A model generated the notes under the pieces. It searched no databases and was not told the origin of the DNA. It saw only the letters and a list, made by a program, of their open reading frames with translations. From contig JBAZNJ010000002.1 in NCBI GenBank assembly GCA_041649315.1, positions 128,851-192,850 on the forward strand: a DNA stretch of 64,000 nt, written 5' to 3'. Below are positions 53,256 to 63,251 of this stretch, in pieces (position 1 is the stretch's first letter; every line of letters begins with the position of its first letter). A program made the translations under genes and the position numbers. This DNA is from Patescibacteria group bacterium (lineage in GTDB: Bacteria; Patescibacteriota; Patescibacteriia; Patescibacteriales; UBA12465).

Positions 53256-54191
53256 ATGACCCCTATCCTTAACCTACTATTACTTCTTGTCCTTTTCGTC
53301 CTCTTGGGCCTGTCCGCCGAATTGGTTGTTAGAAAAATCAGCTATCTGGCCGGAGAAATCAAAATGCGGATGTTTGCTTTCGGGATTTTGCTCGGGATAA
53401 TTACGACTTTGCCGGAATTAGCTGTCGGAATCAATACCATGCTCAACGGCGCCGGCGGCTTGTCGGTCGGAAATATTTTAGGCGGGGTTATTGTTATCCT
53501 CGGCTTAGTCCTGGGCTGTAGCTTGCTTTTGAACCGCAAAATTGCTACGGATGGAAATTTAAAATTGCTTATTCCGCAAATCGCTATAATTTTTGTTCCG
53601 ATCTTTTTCGGATTTGACGGTCGCTTCAGCCAATGGGAAGGATTAGTAATGGTCGCTTTATACCTTAGTTTAGTATTTTATCTTTACCGCGCCAATCGGA
53701 CTTTCAGTGGGGAAGGCGTTTCTTTGATTGAAAAAAATAAAGTCGCTAAAGCAGTTTTTCTTTCTTTAGGCGGCATTATCGCGGTCTTGCTATTATCAAA
53801 TTGGATCGTGGACGTGACTCTAATATTATTAAACGGCTGGAATATAAGTAAATTAGCGATTGGCGTCTTGATTTTTTCTATCGGTACGAATTTGCCGGAA
53901 ATTTCTATTGCCGCTATTTCCTGGCGGAAAAAAGTTTCCGAATTATCTTTAAGCCATCTGCTAAGCTCATCTTTCACTAATATCTTAATCCTCGGATTAC
54001 TGGCTACTATCCGGCCGATAAATTTTGTCGCTAACGGAACTTTTGTCGTGTTAGCGGTTTTCTTAGGATTAACCTTAACTCTTTTCGGCATTTTTCATCA
54101 CAGCGGAAAGAAATTAAGCCGGGCCGAAGGCGGAATCATGGTTTTATGTTATCTGCTTTTTTTAATCGCTAATTTTTATCTCTTAAGATAA
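53256..54191 (+). CDS. Ca2+/cation antiporter (CaCA, YrbG-like) membrane protein
   Basis: Alpha-repeat motifs GIITTLPELAVGI and GTNLPEISIAAI. Confidence 0.75.
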   Translation: MTPILNLLLLLVLFVLLGLSAELVVRKISYLAGEIKMRMFAFGILLGIITTLPELAVGINTMLNGAGGLSVGNILGGVIVILGLVLGCSLLLNRKIATDGNLKLLIPQIAIIFVPIFFGFDGRFSQWEGLVMVALYLSLVFYLYRANRTFSGEGVSLIEKNKVAKAVFLSLGGIIAVLLLSNWIVDVTLILLNGWNISKLAIGVLIFSIGTNLPEISIAAISWRKKVSELSLSHLLSSSFTNILILGLLATIRPINFVANGTFVVLAVFLGLTLTLFGIFHHSGKKLSRAEGGIMVLCYLLFLIANFYLLR

Positions 54192-54254
54192 GGGCTAATC
54201 ATAAATTATAAATAGCGAATATTTTAATTAAACAAAGAATTGCTTTAAAAAATT

Positions 54255-55322
54255 ATGGCTTTATTTCTCCATATTCTCGCCCTCCTCGCGGCTTTTTATT
54301 TTTTGGCGGTCATTTGCGACCGTTATTTTGTACCCTCCCTTGATCGAATCGCGGAAAAGTTAAAAATGAATTCCGATATGGCCGGGGCGACTCTGATGGC
54401 GGTCGGTTCAAGCGCGCCCGAGCTTTTTGTTTCTTTTATTGCCTTATTTCAATCCGGCCAGGAAGCGCTTGGCGCCGGTACGATCGTTGGTTCGGCTTTG
54501 TTTAATATTTTAGTCATTATCGGTGCCTCGGCTATGGTGCGGAAAGCTTTTATCGCTTGGCAGCCGGTCATCCGCGACATCCTTTTTTATTCTTTCAGTA
54601 TTGTCCTGCTTATCTTTACTTTTTATGACGGCCGGGTGACTTTTTTTGAATCTCTGCTTTTCTTAGCATTATACGGCGCTTATGTTTTAGCGGTTTTAAA
54701 ATGGCGGAAAATTTTACCATATAAAGAAGAACGGTCCGACGAAAAGCTGGTCGATGTTTTAGAAGAGGGAATTAAAAAAGAAGAGCGACGAAAGACTTTT
54801 TTCGGGCGTTGTTTAAAAAATATTAACCGATTCTTAGATTTTATTTTTCCAAAGGCGCAATATTACTGGCTGGCTTTTTTCGTCTCTATTGCCGTCATCG
54901 CCGGTTTAAGCTGGGTTTTGGTTGAAAGCGCGGTCGCTATGGCGGAAATCTTACATATTCCGGCGGTAATTATCGGCCTAACCGTTTTAGCGGCCGGCAC
55001 AAGTATCCCAGACCTCTTTTCTTCGACTATTGTCGCCCGGCAAGGACGCGGAGGAATGGCGATTTCTAACGCTATCGGTTCTAATATTTTTGATATTTTA
55101 ATCGGTCTCGGCTTGCCTTGGGCGGTCGTTGGCTTGAGCGGAAAAATAATTCCGGTGGCGACGGAAAACCTTAATAGCTCAATTATTTTACTTTTCGCTA
55201 CCGTTGTTTCTGTGCTTTTCTTTTTAATCGCGAAAAAATGGCGTATCGGTAAATTTGCCGGTGTCGGCCTAATTAGCTTATATCTTCTTTATTTACTCTG
55301 GAGCATTTTCCAGGTTATTTAA
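54255..55322 (+). CDS. Ca2+/Na+ antiporter (CaCA family), tandem paralogue
   Basis: GSSAPELFVSFIA and GTSIPDLFSSTIVA alpha-repeats, plus GSNIFDILIGLGLPW. Confidence 0.8.
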   Translation: MALFLHILALLAAFYFLAVICDRYFVPSLDRIAEKLKMNSDMAGATLMAVGSSAPELFVSFIALFQSGQEALGAGTIVGSALFNILVIIGASAMVRKAFIAWQPVIRDILFYSFSIVLLIFTFYDGRVTFFESLLFLALYGAYVLAVLKWRKILPYKEERSDEKLVDVLEEGIKKEERRKTFFGRCLKNINRFLDFIFPKAQYYWLAFFVSIAVIAGLSWVLVESAVAMAEILHIPAVIIGLTVLAAGTSIPDLFSSTIVARQGRGGMAISNAIGSNIFDILIGLGLPWAVVGLSGKIIPVATENLNSSIILLFATVVSVLFFLIAKKWRIGKFAGVGLISLYLLYLLWSIFQVI

Positions 55323-55504
55323 ATAAAATTTAATTGTTTGTAAATTATCTGTCGTTCTTGACTTCGGATTGAGGGATTGCTCAATTATTGCTTTTTTTAT
55401 AAAGATATAATAAACTTTAATGATATTTTAAATAAGGTATTTATATTAATATTTTAAAATCATTAAGATAAAAATTAAATTCTTTTACAATTAAATATGA
55501 AAAA

Positions 55505-55771
55505 ATGGAAAATATAATCGAAACGAAAACCACTGACGGGCGAATAATCCGCCTTGATACTTCAGACGAAGCTTGTAAAAAATTCGGTTTTTCCCATGGC
55601 GACAAGGTAAAAACTATCAGCGAATTAGAGGCTATTATTATCGGCGTCGGACCAAGTAATGAAGGTGATGATGTCTTATGGTATAATTTGCTCCGCTCTA
55701 AAAGCGGCGGTGTTTGTTATTATGGACACGAAAACCGAAACTTAGCCGAAATTGGATTCAGGAAGATTTAA
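55505..55771 (+). CDS. hypothetical small protein (88 aa)
   Basis: ATG ORF in an AT-rich islet. No family recognised. Confidence 0.4.
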   Translation: MENIIETKTTDGRIIRLDTSDEACKKFGFSHGDKVKTISELEAIIIGVGPSNEGDDVLWYNLLRSKSGGVCYYGHENRNLAEIGFRKI

Positions 55772-55794
55772 TAATATAATTAAAGGAGGGTAGA

Positions 55795-55998
55795 ATGGAA
55801 ACAAAAACACGAAAAACACGAAAAATTAGAGTTGCTAATAAAAATATTAGTGACAAAAAAAGGTTTGACAGTGATAAAAATTTTGTCTTGTGCCAGGCCT
55901 TCGGTAACCGTTGCACCATCTGCGGATCATACTTTGGAGAAGACGAAGATGTTTGCGGCCAAGGACATATGATTGGAGTAAAATACTCTTGGAAATAA
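55795..55998 (+). CDS. hypothetical small basic protein with a Cys/His cluster (possible zinc ribbon)
   Basis: Strong SD aaaggaggg 5 nt upstream of the ATG. Cys/His pattern C-x6-C-x2-C-x10-C-x3-H. Followed by two hairpins. Confidence 0.5.
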   Translation: METKTRKTRKIRVANKNISDKKRFDSDKNFVLCQAFGNRCTICGSYFGEDEDVCGQGHMIGVKYSWK

Positions 55999-56018
55999 AG
56001 CGGATCCCAGATCCGCCG

Positions 56019-56067
56019 AAAAACCCTCGTTAATTTGATAAATATCAGATTTAGCGAGGGTTTTTAA
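56019..56067 (+). terminator. intrinsic terminator (preceded by the short hairpin gcggatc-cca-gatccgc at 56000-56016)
   Basis: aaaaccctcg ... cgagggttttt. Confidence 0.6.
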
Positions 56068-56220
56068 TTTGTGTTATTATTAAGTTGTGCCGAGCTTGAT
56101 TTTTATCTATTTTTTAGGTAGAATTTATCTCTATTTATAAAATTATTTAGATTTAGGCCTATTTAGAGCCAAATATAATGCTCGTCATCCGACGCGCGAC
56201 TATAAGACAAATATCGTCGA

Positions 56221-58077
56221 ATGTTTAATAAACCTTATAAAATGACCCCCTTATTTAAACTAAAATCTAATTTTAAGCCCGCCGGCGACCAGCCTGAGGC
56301 AATAAAAAAACTTCAAAAAGGTCTGGAGCAGGGTTTTGATTACCAAACGCTTTTAGGCGTCACTGGTTCGGGTAAAACCTTTACGGTTGCTAATGTTCTT
56401 GAAAAATTCAATAAGCCGGTTTTAGTTATCGCTCCGAACAAAGCCCTGGCCGCTCAACTTTATCGCGAATACAAAAATTTTTTTCCGGACAACGCCGTTC
56501 ATTACTTCGTATCTTATTATGACTACTATCAGCCCGAGGCCTATCTGCCGATCACCGATACTTATATTGATAAAGAAGCGATGATCAATCAGGAAATTGA
56601 TCGTCTGCGCCATGGCGCGACTTCGGCGCTCGTTTCTCGCCGCGACGTGATTATTATCGCTTCGGTTTCCTGTATTTATAACTTAGGCGTGCCCGCGTCT
56701 TATTTAGAGGCTAAATTAGTTTTAGAAAAAGATAAACCCATGGTCCGCGCCGATTTGATTAGACAACTCGTCAAAATCCAATTTGAACGGACGAGCGGCG
56801 AAATTAAGCGCGGCCAATTCCGGGTACGCGGCGATGTTTTTGAAATCCGGCCGATGTCGGAAAATGTGGTCTATCGTTTAGAATTAAAAAACCAGCAGAT
56901 TGCCGATCTAATGATTATTGATAACACGACCAAAAACATTTTGGACAATCTGACGGAAATGGTAATTTTTCCGCCAAAACATTTTGTCTCCACGCAACCA
57001 CAAATTGAAGCGGCCATTAAAAATATCCGCGAAGAACTAAAAGAACGTTTAGCGTATTTTAAAAAGGAGGGCTTATTATTAGAAGCGGAACGCTTGGAGC
57101 GGCGAACAAAATATGATCTAGAGATGCTTCATACCCTCGGCTACTGCCACGGCATTGAAAATTATTCCCGCCATCTGACCGGCAAACTGGCCGGAGAAGC
57201 GCCCGATGCTTTGTTAGCTTATTTCCCATGGAAAGACGGGAAACCAGATTTTTTAACAATCATTGATGAATCTCATATCGCCGTGCCGCAGATTCGCGGT
57301 ATGTATAATGGCGATCAGGCGCGCAAAAAAATCCTGGCGCAATACGGCTGGCGCCTGCCGTCGGCACTGGACAACCGCCCCTTGAAATTTACCGAATTTG
57401 AAGCGCGCGTCGGCCAGGTAATTTTTACCACCGCCACGCCCGGCGATTTTGAATATGAACATTCTAAGCAAGTTGTGGAGCAAGTCATCCGTCCGACCGG
57501 CTTGATTGACCCGGAGATTGAGATCCGGCCGGTGTTTGATAAAAAAACCAATTACAGCCAGATTAACGATGTCATGGCAGAAATAAAAAAAATCGCCGCT
57601 TTGGGCGAACGGGCGATTATCAATACCTTGACTAAAAAGCAAGCGGAGGATTTAAATACCTATTTGAACGGCCAGGGTTTTAAAGCTAATTATTTACATT
57701 CCGATATCAAGACCCTGGAACGGATGGAAATTCTACAACAGTTCCGGGAAGGGAAATTTGATGTTTTAATCGGGGTTAATTTATTGCGCGAGGGCCTGGA
57801 CTTGCCAGAGGTAACTCTAGTAGCAATTTTAGACGCCGACCGCGAAGGATTCTTACGCAGTCAAACCTCTTTAATGCAAACCATGGGCCGCGCGGCGCGC
57901 AATGTTAAAGGAAAGATTATTCTTTATGCCGATAAGAAAACCGATTCGATGAAAAAGGCGATTAAGGAAGCGGAACGGCGACGAAAGAAACAATTAGCGT
58001 ATAATAAGAAGCATAAAATTACCCCGCAAAATATTTATAAAAAGATTGAGGAATTTTTAGATAGGGCGGAGAAATAA
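56221..58077 (+). CDS. uvrB: excinuclease ABC subunit B (618 aa; lacks the C-terminal UVR domain)
   Basis: FKPAGDQPEAI, GVTGSGKTFT, YYDYYQPEAY, DESH and GRAARN. It ends shortly after the ...YNKKHKITPQNIYKKI segment. Confidence 0.9.
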   Translation: MFNKPYKMTPLFKLKSNFKPAGDQPEAIKKLQKGLEQGFDYQTLLGVTGSGKTFTVANVLEKFNKPVLVIAPNKALAAQLYREYKNFFPDNAVHYFVSYYDYYQPEAYLPITDTYIDKEAMINQEIDRLRHGATSALVSRRDVIIIASVSCIYNLGVPASYLEAKLVLEKDKPMVRADLIRQLVKIQFERTSGEIKRGQFRVRGDVFEIRPMSENVVYRLELKNQQIADLMIIDNTTKNILDNLTEMVIFPPKHFVSTQPQIEAAIKNIREELKERLAYFKKEGLLLEAERLERRTKYDLEMLHTLGYCHGIENYSRHLTGKLAGEAPDALLAYFPWKDGKPDFLTIIDESHIAVPQIRGMYNGDQARKKILAQYGWRLPSALDNRPLKFTEFEARVGQVIFTTATPGDFEYEHSKQVVEQVIRPTGLIDPEIEIRPVFDKKTNYSQINDVMAEIKKIAALGERAIINTLTKKQAEDLNTYLNGQGFKANYLHSDIKTLERMEILQQFREGKFDVLIGVNLLREGLDLPEVTLVAILDADREGFLRSQTSLMQTMGRAARNVKGKIILYADKKTDSMKKAIKEAERRRKKQLAYNKKHKITPQNIYKKIEEFLDRAEK

Positions 58078-58087
58078 AATTATTGTT

Positions 58088-60616
58088 ATGTCTAGTAAAA
58101 ATCAATCCGAATCCCTGATCATCCGCGGGGCGCGGATGCACAACCTGAAAAATATCAACCTGGAAATACCGCATAATCAATTGACGGTCATTACCGGCGT
58201 CTCCGGCTCGGGGAAATCCTCGCTGGCTTTTGACACAATTTTCGCGGAAGGGCAGAGGCAATATGTCGAATCTTTGTCGCCCTATATGCGTCAATTCTTG
58301 GGCCAGAAAAAACCGGCCGATGTTGATGAAATTATCGGCTTGGCGCCGTCTATTTCTATTGATCAAAAAGCTCTTTCGCATAATCCGCGCTCAACCGTCG
58401 GCACGCTCACTGATATTTATGATTATCTGCGCGTCCTCTATGCCCGAGTCGGCGAAGTTTTTTGCCCGCTTTGCGGCACAAAAATTGAAAAGCTCACCGT
58501 GGAAGAAATGGTGGATATTATTATTAATCGCGGCGAAGAATTAAAAGAAAAATACGTGACTATTCTGTCGCCGGTCGTCCGCGATCGCAAAGGCGAATAT
58601 TATCAGCTTTTGTATAATTATTTGTCTCTCGGCTTCAGTGAATCGCGGATTGACGGTCAAATCCACTCTTTACGCGAACAAGTAAAACTAGCACCGAAGA
58701 AAAAGCATAATATTGAGATCATAATGGATAAAGTATTGCTGACTGACCAGACGCGCCTATTTGAAGCCGTGGAAAATTCTTTGGAATATAGTAAGGGTTT
58801 GGTGATCGCTAAATATGAGGGGGATGCTGAATTCCTTCTCTCCGCCAATTGGACCTGCCCGAACGATAATTTTTCTTTTCCGGAAGTGGAACCGCGTTTG
58901 TTTTCTTTTAATTCGCCGCATGGCGCCTGTCCGGAGTGTTCCGGACTCGGCCGCACGGATTTTTTCTCCGAAAAAAAATGCCCGGCTTGCGCCGGAAAAC
59001 GTTTGCGTCCTGAAGCTTTGTCTGTCCGCATAAGCAACAAAAATATCGCCGAAGTGGCCGCTCTACCAATCAAGCGCGCTTTAGAATTCTTTAATCATTA
59101 TTACGAGAAAATGACCAAGCGCCAGCGTGCCATTGCGGAAAACGTCGTCGTCCAAATCGTCAGCCGTTTAGAATTTTTACTTAAAGTCGGGCTTAATTAT
59201 CTTTCCTTGGAACGCGAGGCGCATAGCTTGTCCGGCGGCGAAGCCCAACGTATTCGTCTATCTTCGCAAATCGGTTCCCATTTATCCCGCACCCTCTATG
59301 TACTAGACGAACCAACCATCGGCTTGCACGAACGCGATACCGACCGCTTGATAGACACCTTGAAGGCCCTGCGCGATAAGCATAATACCGTTATTATCGT
59401 AGAACATGACGAACGGACGATTTTAGAATCGGACTATCTGGTTGACCTCGGACCCTTGGCCGGCGTGCATGGCGGAGAAATTATGGCGATTGGGCCAACT
59501 AAAGATCTTCTTAATCAAGACAGAAACAAAACCGCCACAAAAAAATCTCTAACTTTGCAATATCTCAGCGGGCAATCAGAAATATCCCTACCAACGAAAC
59601 GACGCGAACAAAATCATGGCGCTCTGAAAATCCGCGGCGCTTATGCCCATAATTTAAAAAACCTAAACGTAGAAATTCCGCTCGGCCGCCTTGTCGGCAT
59701 CAGCGGCGTTTCCGGTTCGGGAAAATCTTCGCTATTGTATGATGTGATTTATAAAAATATAAGCCATATAAAAAATCGCCCGGGCCAGGCAAGATTAGAA
59801 CAAGTCAAAGAAGTCAAAGGCGCGGAATATATTAATAAAGTCGTGGTCATTGATCAGTCGCCAATCGGCCGCACGCCGCGCTCTAACCCGGCGACCTATA
59901 CCGGCATCTTCACGCCGATTCGCGATTTCTTTGCCTCTTTGCCCGAGTCGCGCGAACGCGGTTATTCTATCGGTCGTTTTTCCTTTAATCGTCCGGGCGG
60001 ACGCTGTGAGGCCTGCGAAGGAGCGGGCGCGAACCTGATTGAGATGCATTTCCTACCGCCGGTGCTGGTTGAATGTGAAGTCTGTCGTGGCAAACGTTTT
60101 AATCGCGAAACTTTACAAGTTAAATATAAAAACAAAAACATCGCCGAAATTTTAGATCTAACGATTGACGAAGCAATTGAACATTTTATCGGTAATTATT
60201 TTATTACCGATAAATTAAAAGTTTTACAATCCGTCGGTCTCGGCTATCTAAAAATCGGTCAGAGCGCCACAACTTTGTCCGGCGGCGAAGCCCAGCGCAT
60301 TAAAATCGCTAAAGAATTAACCCATACCTTAGGTCGGCGCACTTTGTATTTATTAGACGAGCCCACGACCGGATTACATTATCATGATATTGATATGCTG
60401 CTCGCCGTCCTGAATAAATTAGTAGAAAAAGGTAATTCCGTTTTAGTGATTGAACATAACATGCACATGCTTAAAGCCATGGATTATATTGTTGATCTCG
60501 GACCGGACGGCGGGGAAGAGGGCGGACGTTTAGTCGCGGCCGGAGCGCCGGAAGATATTGTCCGCGAACCAGAAAGCGCGACCGGGAAGTATTTGAAGGG
60601 GTATTTGGGGAAATAA
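58088..60616 (+). CDS. uvrA: excinuclease ABC subunit A (842 aa; insertion domain apparently absent)
   Basis: GARMHNLKNI, GVSGSGKSSLAFDTIFAEGQRQYVESLS, LSGGEAQRIRL, a second GVSGSGKSSL, LSGGEAQRIKIA, and Zn modules CPECSGLG...CPACAGKR only about 10 aa apart. Confidence 0.9.
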   Translation: MSSKNQSESLIIRGARMHNLKNINLEIPHNQLTVITGVSGSGKSSLAFDTIFAEGQRQYVESLSPYMRQFLGQKKPADVDEIIGLAPSISIDQKALSHNPRSTVGTLTDIYDYLRVLYARVGEVFCPLCGTKIEKLTVEEMVDIIINRGEELKEKYVTILSPVVRDRKGEYYQLLYNYLSLGFSESRIDGQIHSLREQVKLAPKKKHNIEIIMDKVLLTDQTRLFEAVENSLEYSKGLVIAKYEGDAEFLLSANWTCPNDNFSFPEVEPRLFSFNSPHGACPECSGLGRTDFFSEKKCPACAGKRLRPEALSVRISNKNIAEVAALPIKRALEFFNHYYEKMTKRQRAIAENVVVQIVSRLEFLLKVGLNYLSLEREAHSLSGGEAQRIRLSSQIGSHLSRTLYVLDEPTIGLHERDTDRLIDTLKALRDKHNTVIIVEHDERTILESDYLVDLGPLAGVHGGEIMAIGPTKDLLNQDRNKTATKKSLTLQYLSGQSEISLPTKRREQNHGALKIRGAYAHNLKNLNVEIPLGRLVGISGVSGSGKSSLLYDVIYKNISHIKNRPGQARLEQVKEVKGAEYINKVVVIDQSPIGRTPRSNPATYTGIFTPIRDFFASLPESRERGYSIGRFSFNRPGGRCEACEGAGANLIEMHFLPPVLVECEVCRGKRFNRETLQVKYKNKNIAEILDLTIDEAIEHFIGNYFITDKLKVLQSVGLGYLKIGQSATTLSGGEAQRIKIAKELTHTLGRRTLYLLDEPTTGLHYHDIDMLLAVLNKLVEKGNSVLVIEHNMHMLKAMDYIVDLGPDGGEEGGRLVAAGAPEDIVREPESATGKYLKGYLGK

Positions 60617-61227
60617 AAAAAGGGACTCCAGTATATATCTTAATATACTGAAGCCCTAATATCTTTGCTAATTTTGCTTAGGTTTAAGCAACCGGGAGGC
60701 TCTGCTTCCTCTTGGCATCCCCATTTTAATATCAACGGGAGACAAATTACTCGGCATATATTTTATTTGTGGTGGCCGAGAAACTAAAAATAGTATTTAA
60801 ATTGAGGATGAGTCCTCAGATGCCGTCTCTTGGACGACAATAAATTATTTTTTGCAATGTACAAGGTTTAAATTCGATGTTTATATAATATCACATAATA
60901 AAATAATTGTCAATAGCTGCGAATGATAAATCTGTGGATAACCAAGTAATATGGCTAAAATTAAATAAAAAACCGAGAAGTTTTAAGCTTTAATTGGTAA
61001 AGCGTAATAAAACTTACTCGGTTTGTCCCGTGTATCCGCGTCTATCTATCGGCTTCATAATCAATCAGTAATTATGCGCAATGATACACGGCGCTTTTTG
61101 GCCCCCGTTATGAAAGGCAAGGGCGGAAAAAATTAGATTATGCTAATTTTCCCTCGGCCACCTTCTCAAACATTTAAAAATACGGCTACCACTCATCTTA
61201 TAAAATAAAGGATTATTTGTCAACCCT

Positions 61228-62472
61228 ATGGCCTTAGCGCTTAATAAAACAAGAAATAAATTAAAAACCAAGATTAAAGACGTCCCAAAATCCCCCGGCG
61301 TTTATTTTTGGCTGGGTAAAAACGGTCGGATTCTTTATGTTGGCCGGGCGACGCGGCTTCACGATCGTTTAAATCAATATTTCCAAAAAAATATTGAAGC
61401 GCGCATCGCTGAAATGGTCGCTACGGCGACCGATATTAAATACGAAACAGCAGAAACCCTACTTGAAGCAATAATCTTAGAAGCGAAATACATTAAAAAA
61501 TATTGGCCGAAATATAATATCGTTGACCGTGATGACCGTTCTTTTATTTATATTGTTATTCCGAAAACAAAATTTTCTAAACCGCTCCTCGTTCGCGGCA
61601 CGGATTTAAAAAAATTTTCCGGCGCAAACGACGTTAAGAAGGGAACGATTGGCCAGGTAAAAAAATCCGGCCAAGCTAAAATTTTCGGCCCTTATCAATC
61701 TTTCCATTTAATCCAAACCGCCCTGCGCCTGATTCGCCGCGTTTTTCCTTATGGTAATTGCGCGCCGGCCGGCACAACCGGTAATCTTAACAGCCGAGCT
61801 TGCTTTGATTATCAGATCGGGCTCTGCCCGGGGGCCTGCGTTGGCGCGATTAGCGCCGCTGATTACCAGAAAAATATTAATAACATTATCCTCTTACTAT
61901 CCGGAGAAAAAAAACGTCTGATTAATAAATTAAAAAAAGAAAACCCCGATAAAATAAAAGCGCTAAAACATTTACAAGATGTCGCGCTCTTGTCGCGCGA
62001 TAGCGACTTGTCTGAAAACAAAATTAATCGCTTAGAGGGTTATGATATTTCACATCACGGCGGTAAAGAAAGCTATGGCTCTATGGTCGTTTTTGAAAAC
62101 GGGGAAGCGGCGCATTCCGAATACCGTCTATTCAAAATCAAGGAAGCGCCGGCTGGCGACGACGAACGGGCGCTTGCGGAAGTATTATTGCGCCGTTTCA
62201 AACATCCGGAATGGGCGAGGCCGGATTTAATTTTAATTGACGGCGGCGCCCCACAAATCAATTTTCTAAACCGAATTTTTGATAAGCATAATATCAAAAT
62301 CCCCTTAGTCGGTATCTCCAAATTCGGCGACGACCGGCTGGTTTTCACCGTGGAAACAAAAAAACCTCTACGCGAGTTAGCCGCTAATATCAAGCCAACT
62401 TTATTAAAAATCAGGGAAGAAGCCCATCGCTTCGCGAATTATGGACGGAAAAAACGAAAAATAATAAAATAA
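61228..62472 (+). CDS. uvrC: excinuclease ABC subunit C, short form (414 aa; no recognisable UVR domain or C-terminal (HhH)2)
   Basis: GIY-YIG domain GVYFWLGKNGRILYVGRATRLHDRLNQYF, plus CFDYQIGLCPGAC, IEGYDISHHGG, PDLILIDGGAPQ and IREEAHRFA. It ends right after that. Confidence 0.85.
   Translation: MALALNKTRNKLKTKIKDVPKSPGVYFWLGKNGRILYVGRATRLHDRLNQYFQKNIEARIAEMVATATDIKYETAETLLEAIILEAKYIKKYWPKYNIVDRDDRSFIYIVIPKTKFSKPLLVRGTDLKKFSGANDVKKGTIGQVKKSGQAKIFGPYQSFHLIQTALRLIRRVFPYGNCAPAGTTGNLNSRACFDYQIGLCPGACVGAISAADYQKNINNIILLLSGEKKRLINKLKKENPDKIKALKHLQDVALLSRDSDLSENKINRLEGYDISHHGGKESYGSMVVFENGEAAHSEYRLFKIKEAPAGDDERALAEVLLRRFKHPEWARPDLILIDGGAPQINFLNRIFDKHNIKIPLVGISKFGDDRLVFTVETKKPLRELAANIKPTLLKIREEAHRFANYGRKKRKIIK
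62437..62462 (+). repeat. 26-bp direct repeat copy 1 (aattatggacggaaaaaacgaaaaat), forming the last codons of uvrC
   Basis: An exact copy lies at 63252-63277. Confidence 0.9.
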
Positions 62473-62502
62473 ATTCTAAGAAAAACTTTAATTTTTTTTC
62501 AT

Positions 62503-62533
62503 TCCCCTTGTTATATAATGAAGGGGATTTTTT
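62503..62533 (+). terminator. intrinsic terminator after uvrC
   Basis: tcccctt gttatataatg aagggga tttttt. Confidence 0.6.
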
Positions 62534-62544
62534 AATTGTCAATT

Positions 62545-63129
62545 ATGACTCCTAACGCTAGAGAACTACAACCTCAAAAACTGGAGATGGACTTAAAAAT
62601 AACTCCGGAAAAATTCGGAACGATTTTTTCTTTTATTGATTTCGGTAATGTTAATCACTGGTTTGATAGAGATACCGGATTAAAAATAGACTTGAAAAAA
62701 TTAAGTGATTTTTCTAAGGATTTTTTTAAATCGACTTGGATTTATTATGGCCTTGATCCTTTAAATAAAAAATCGAGTAATTTTATTAATTGGATGAAAA
62801 TATTTTTTGGAAAAAATTACGTTTACTTTAAAAAAATTCAAAAAATAAAGCATTATCCCGATAATTCTATAATTACCAATAAATGTAATTTTGACGTAGA
62901 GATAGCGGTTGATGCTATTCGGTTAGCTAATAATTATGAAACTCTGTGCTTATTTTCCGGTGACGCTGATTTTTTGAGATTAATTAAATATTTAGAACAA
63001 GGCGAACAAAAAAAGATTATTTTAATTAAAGGTGGATTTATTCAAAAGGAACTGGCTCGAGCAGTGGATTTATTAATAGACGCCGAAGATATAAAGAGTT
63101 TAATTACCCATAAAAACAGCAAAACCTAG
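62545..63129 (+). CDS. NYN-domain (LabA/PIN-like) putative ribonuclease
   Basis: FIDFGNVNHW, NFDVEIAVDAIRLANNYETLCLFSGDADFLRLIKYL. The ATG is at 62545 (the track's 62536 start is a TTG). Confidence 0.7.
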   Translation: MTPNARELQPQKLEMDLKITPEKFGTIFSFIDFGNVNHWFDRDTGLKIDLKKLSDFSKDFFKSTWIYYGLDPLNKKSSNFINWMKIFFGKNYVYFKKIQKIKHYPDNSIITNKCNFDVEIAVDAIRLANNYETLCLFSGDADFLRLIKYLEQGEQKKIILIKGGFIQKELARAVDLLIDAEDIKSLITHKNSKT

Positions 63130-63251
63130 CCAAAGGCTAGATTTCGCGGGAAAGTTGCCCGTACCGCGGGCTCGGGTAGGTTAAAGCCTACGATATAATT
63201 ATAGCAAAACAAAAAATAAAATCAATACCTTTACAGCCTCACCGTTTAGAA

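Noticed and set aside
53256-55322. The tandem CaCA antiporter paralogues as something unusual.
   Set aside because: Both have intact alpha-repeat motifs and ordinary composition. Tandem transporter paralogy is common, and nothing further was seen.
60771-61162. 10-bp inverted repeat ggtggccgag / ctcggccacc as MITE termini, or as a tmRNA/tRNA acceptor stem.
   Set aside because: A 10-bp inverted match within 600 bp is not far from chance expectation. No T-arm, target-site duplication or second copy was seen.
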